Assembly: GCA_938045545.1 (NCBI GenBank)
Contig: CALIBN010000008.1
Location: 1-64,000, forward strand
Reading direction: 5' to 3'
DNA: 64,000 bases
Origin: an uncultured archaeon
GTDB taxonomy: Archaea; Thermoproteota; EX4484-205; JAAOZP01
Shown here: piece after piece, positions 60,740-64,000 of the stretch
Numbering within the stretch: the first letter of the stretch is position 1
Layout: each line of letters begins with the position of its first letter
The notes under the pieces: model-generated
Told to the model about the DNA's origin: nothing
The model's database searches: none
What the model saw: only the letters and a program-made list of their open reading frames with translations
Position numbers and translations under genes: made by a program

Positions 60740-61050
60740 CATCCTGAGTATGGGTGCAGAAACTCATGCTTAACAGCACAGCCCCATTGGTTTACATGTC
60801 TGTGAACATTGATTCTTAGCATACACCGCCTTCGAAGGATTGAAAATATCTCCCTACCCGGGATCCTGGAGCGGCTTCAAGGCCTGAAGGGTCTTAGGAG
60901 TGACGTACGATATTTTCGTTAAACTTGTTTGAAAGGGTAAGAGGGTTTCGCTCAAAGTGAATGGTAAACATGTTCACAGCGACGTAGTTCCGCTTCCAAC
61001 CGAAGATGCGACGAGCATGGAAGTATGGGTCGCGCTCGAGGACAATAGTT
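60740..61050 (+). pseudogene. Degraded C-terminal fragment of a GH94-type glycoside phosphorylase
   Basis: Across frameshifts: HPEYG, RNS.LT, GLKISP, PGSWSGFKA, GVTYDIFV, LKVNG...VVP. Confidence 0.5.
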
Positions 61051-61121
61051 CTGCTTACTCGGAGCCCAGTCTGTTCCAGCAAAGTTTAAATTAAAATTTA
61101 AATGGTTCAAACCTGTAAAAG

Positions 61122-62210
61122 ATGAGGAGGTTTCTTAAACTCCCCACGGATCCGATTGACGTCAATCCGGATAAAAAGATTAGTCAGCTGACTGATGAAA
61201 TGCTGTTTACAGGTTTTCAGGGTAGGAAGGTTGCTGAGGTTGTTCAAGTATGGTCGAGAATGCTTAAGAAAAGGAATATCGTAATATGGTTCGGCTTGGC
61301 CGGCGCCATGGTTCCAGCCGGGATGAGGAGGCTAATCTCATACCTGATTGAAAGGAGAATGGTCGACGTGGTTGTCTCGACTGGCGCAAACCTTTACCAC
61401 GATCTTTTTGAAGCCCTAGGCGGGAAACATTATGTTGGAACCCACCTGGTAGATGATGTCAAGTTGAGGAGGGAGAGGGTTGACAGGATTTACGACGTTT
61501 TCGCAGACGAGAACAAGTTCTACGAGACTGATCTCTGGATAGAAAAGGTTTTCGCTAGGACGCTTAGGGACGATTACCCATATTCCTCCCGTGAATTACT
61601 CTATCTTCTCGGGAAGCTTTTAAGCAAGAATGCTAAGGATAAAGACTCCATTCTTGTAAGCGCCTACAGAAGCGGCGTCCCGATATTTTGCCCCGCGTTC
61701 GGAGACAGCTCCCTGGGTTTCTCAATAATGTTCTCTAACAGGAGGGAGAGGGTTACAAGCGTCAATGGGAAGAAGGTTGTCCTTAAGAAGAAGAGGATAA
61801 TCGTCGACTACCTAAAGGATGTCGACGAGAGCTCTAGAATAACTGAGAAAGCGAAGCAGACCGGGGTGATATACATAGGTGGAGGCGTGCCCAAGAATTT
61901 TATTCAACAAACTGCCGTGATAGCGAGCTACCAGACTAGGCACGACAGAAGCCATGGTTTTGCGATACAGATCTCCACGGACGTGCCGCAGTGGGGGGGC
62001 TTATCGGGATGCACGTTCGAGGAGGGTCAAAGCTGGGGGAAAATCGGGTTCCGAGCACAGAGGGTGCAGTGCTACGCTGACGCCACCATAGTGCTTCCTC
62101 TCGTAGTTCATTCTTTAAGCGAAAAGTTCAAGAGGCTTAGAAGAGACATCCCGATTTTCGAATGGAAGGGTAGTGATTTGAAGATAACTTATGAGAGGAT
62201 GAGGCTTTGA
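61122..62210 (+). CDS. dys: Deoxyhypusine synthase
   Basis: AGAMVPAG, TGANL.HD, GGGVPKN, GGLSG, SWGK. Confidence 0.92.
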   Translation: MRRFLKLPTDPIDVNPDKKISQLTDEMLFTGFQGRKVAEVVQVWSRMLKKRNIVIWFGLAGAMVPAGMRRLISYLIERRMVDVVVSTGANLYHDLFEALGGKHYVGTHLVDDVKLRRERVDRIYDVFADENKFYETDLWIEKVFARTLRDDYPYSSRELLYLLGKLLSKNAKDKDSILVSAYRSGVPIFCPAFGDSSLGFSIMFSNRRERVTSVNGKKVVLKKKRIIVDYLKDVDESSRITEKAKQTGVIYIGGGVPKNFIQQTAVIASYQTRHDRSHGFAIQISTDVPQWGGLSGCTFEEGQSWGKIGFRAQRVQCYADATIVLPLVVHSLSEKFKRLRRDIPIFEWKGSDLKITYERMRL

Positions 62211-62212
62211 CA

Positions 62213-63613
62213 TTAGACGATAGCTTCCCCCCTTTCGGTTAGGGAATAATACTCTCTCTTCCTACCCATGATCCTCTTGGCCTCCACTCTTTTAACATAC
62301 CCTTTTTCAACGAGATCGGAAAGATGCTGGTAAACCGTTGGAATCCTCACGTTCATGCCGTATTTCTCCCTCAACCCTCTCCAAACTTCGTAGCCGTACA
62401 TGTTTTTTTCAGACAGCAGCCTCAGGATGGCTGTCTTAGTAGAACCAAGTCTAACACCTCCGCTCAACTCCTCTATCAACACGCCTAGGCTAGACTTACT
62501 GTAGGCTATTTCCTTCATAACCCTAGGATCCTTGAGGCCGCTTCCAGTTACGACGCAAACCACTTTGGCGTCTCTCCTCACCTCTCCGCTTTCAACCAGC
62601 TTCATCAAGCCTGCTAGAGGAAGGCTTCCAGCCGGTTCTGCAAGTATCCCTTCTTTCTCAGCCAGTAGGCTCAGGGCTTCAAATATCTCTTTTTCGCTGA
62701 CGGATACTGCTAGCCCATCCGTCTGTCTTATTGCTCTGAGGGCAGCGTTTCCGAACCTGGGATTGGCCACGTTCAGGTCGAATATTCTGCTTCTCGGCTC
62801 GGCTTCAGCCTCGACAGCATCGAAGCCTTTTTCAAAAGCCCTCACTATAGGCTTACAGTCCTCCGTCTGGACTCCGACTATTCCTACGCTGCCCCCAGCG
62901 ACGCCAAGCTCCCTCAGCTCTCTCATCATTTTATAGGTTGCGTAGACGAGGCCTCCCTCCCCCATTGGGAGGACCACGTAGTCAAGTGGGCTCCCACTGA
63001 GCTGCAGGAGTATTTCAAGCATGATTGTTTTCTTAGCCTCGTTTATCAACGGGTCGTGCTCCGCCGCGACGATAGTTCCCCTTGAGGCGCGTTTCCCGAA
63101 GGAGTTGACTACGCTAACCTCCGCACCATATATTATCATCTGGTAAAGTTTCCCAACGTCTATCGTGGGCTTAACCTGAACATGCGTCTTTAAACCGGCT
63201 TTAGAGGAGTATGCTGCCAGCGATGCGCCAAGGTTCCCGGTTGAATAGGTGGAGATCCTTCCGTAACCTAGACTTAGGGCAACCGACACGAATAAGGCTG
63301 AGCTCCTGTCCAAGTATGAGCCCGTTGGTTCAACGGTCTCATCCTTAATCCATAGCTCTTCAACACCTATGCTTCTCCCGATTCTTAAGCCGTGTTGGAG
63401 CATTGTGTATCCCTCTCCTAAGGAGACTCTGAACTTTTTCTCAACAGCCGGAAGTATTCCGCTGTGCCTCCAGATTCCGTGCTCTCCCGGCTCCTCTAAA
63501 AAGGATGGTTTCATCTCCAGCGTTAATCCCTGTCCACACTTTTCACACAGCTTTCTTTCAACGCTGAAACTGTAGGCTGCCCCGCAGCTCGTGCATCTGA
63601 GAGCATGATTCAA
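62213..63613 (-). CDS. Threonine-synthase-like PLP fold fused to a PadR winged helix; catalytic Lys absent
   Basis: N-terminal CxxC...CxxC, SLGEG.T, PTGSYLDR, STGN, TGSGLK; ILRLL...MYGYE...TVYQHL..L..KG.V...YYSLT..G. Confidence 0.85.
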   Translation of the reverse strand: MNHALRCTSCGAAYSFSVERKLCEKCGQGLTLEMKPSFLEEPGEHGIWRHSGILPAVEKKFRVSLGEGYTMLQHGLRIGRSIGVEELWIKDETVEPTGSYLDRSSALFVSVALSLGYGRISTYSTGNLGASLAAYSSKAGLKTHVQVKPTIDVGKLYQMIIYGAEVSVVNSFGKRASRGTIVAAEHDPLINEAKKTIMLEILLQLSGSPLDYVVLPMGEGGLVYATYKMMRELRELGVAGGSVGIVGVQTEDCKPIVRAFEKGFDAVEAEAEPRSRIFDLNVANPRFGNAALRAIRQTDGLAVSVSEKEIFEALSLLAEKEGILAEPAGSLPLAGLMKLVESGEVRRDAKVVCVVTGSGLKDPRVMKEIAYSKSSLGVLIEELSGGVRLGSTKTAILRLLSEKNMYGYEVWRGLREKYGMNVRIPTVYQHLSDLVEKGYVKRVEAKRIMGRKREYYSLTERGEAIV

Positions 63614-63809
63614 GCTATGTTCAACCCTATATATAGGGGGGTACTTATATATATTTCTCCGCGCTTTTAAGATGGTCGGTTTCCCGCAGAGGCCGCTGCA
63701 CTTGATTCTTGAGTAACCAAGGTATTGAACGCTTCCAAAAATCCCTTTTCAAGGCTGATCACAGTATCATAGTAATGTTTTATAGATAGTTCGGGAAAGA
63801 TGCCTAGGA

Positions 63810-64000
63810 ATGGCCAAGCTGGATTTAAGGATTCTCCTCCTGCTAGCAATACTTATTACAACGGTTTCCTGCATAAGCCTGCTTATGATGCAGCAGCCTG
63901 GGAGAAGGGTGTTGCAGGGAAACTCAAGCAGTATCGAAGAGTATTTCAAAACAGTTCCCCTGGAGAGATTGGAGGTTAAGTTCTTCGGGTGGGTTACGCC
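63810..64000 (+). CDS. Exported or membrane protein, 5' part only
   Basis: MAKLDLRILLLLAILITTVSCISLLMM signal-like start; frame open to the window edge. Confidence 0.5.
   Translation, partial: MAKLDLRILLLLAILITTVSCISLLMMQQPGRRVLQGNSSSIEEYFKTVPLERLEVKFFGWVT

Noticed and set aside
338-63949. Many antisense or overlapping ORFs in the track (e.g. 3291-3797, 14619-15107, 35887-36501, 40029-40487)
   Set aside because: They are shadows of well-supported genes on the other strand or frame and carry no motifs of their own.

Overview
Archaeal chromosomal window (TACK/Thermoproteota-like; Brockarchaeota or Bathyarchaeia is my inference from gene content). Bases 1-23.6 kb are an accessory region. It holds a DpnII/Dam-type restriction-modification cluster, then an AT-rich patchwork of toxin-antitoxin modules and gene fragments, a UPF0182+Hsp20 block, a large Ig-domain surface metalloprotease and a GH29 fucosidase. 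Bases 23.6-45.4 kb are core metabolism: carA, pyrFEBKCD, ilvE, an ABC exporter, hisCGABFEHI and aIF-1. Bases 45.5-64 kb carry sugar and redox catabolic genes, several pseudogenes, deoxyhypusine synthase and a ThrC-like/PadR fusion lacking the catalytic lysine. Two signals stand out. (1) Four same-strand copies of the 3' ~150 bp of a TATA-binding-protein gene all begin at the FPGLIYRM segment, differ mostly at synonymous sites and alternate with TA cargo; this suggests a tandem integration or cassette array anchored on tbp. (2) A short GCRCRCGCT motif recurs at fragment junctions and brackets accessory blocks as direct repeats. I found no integrase, transposase, tRNA, rRNA or CRISPR array. All calls come from reading motifs by eye; no searches were run.
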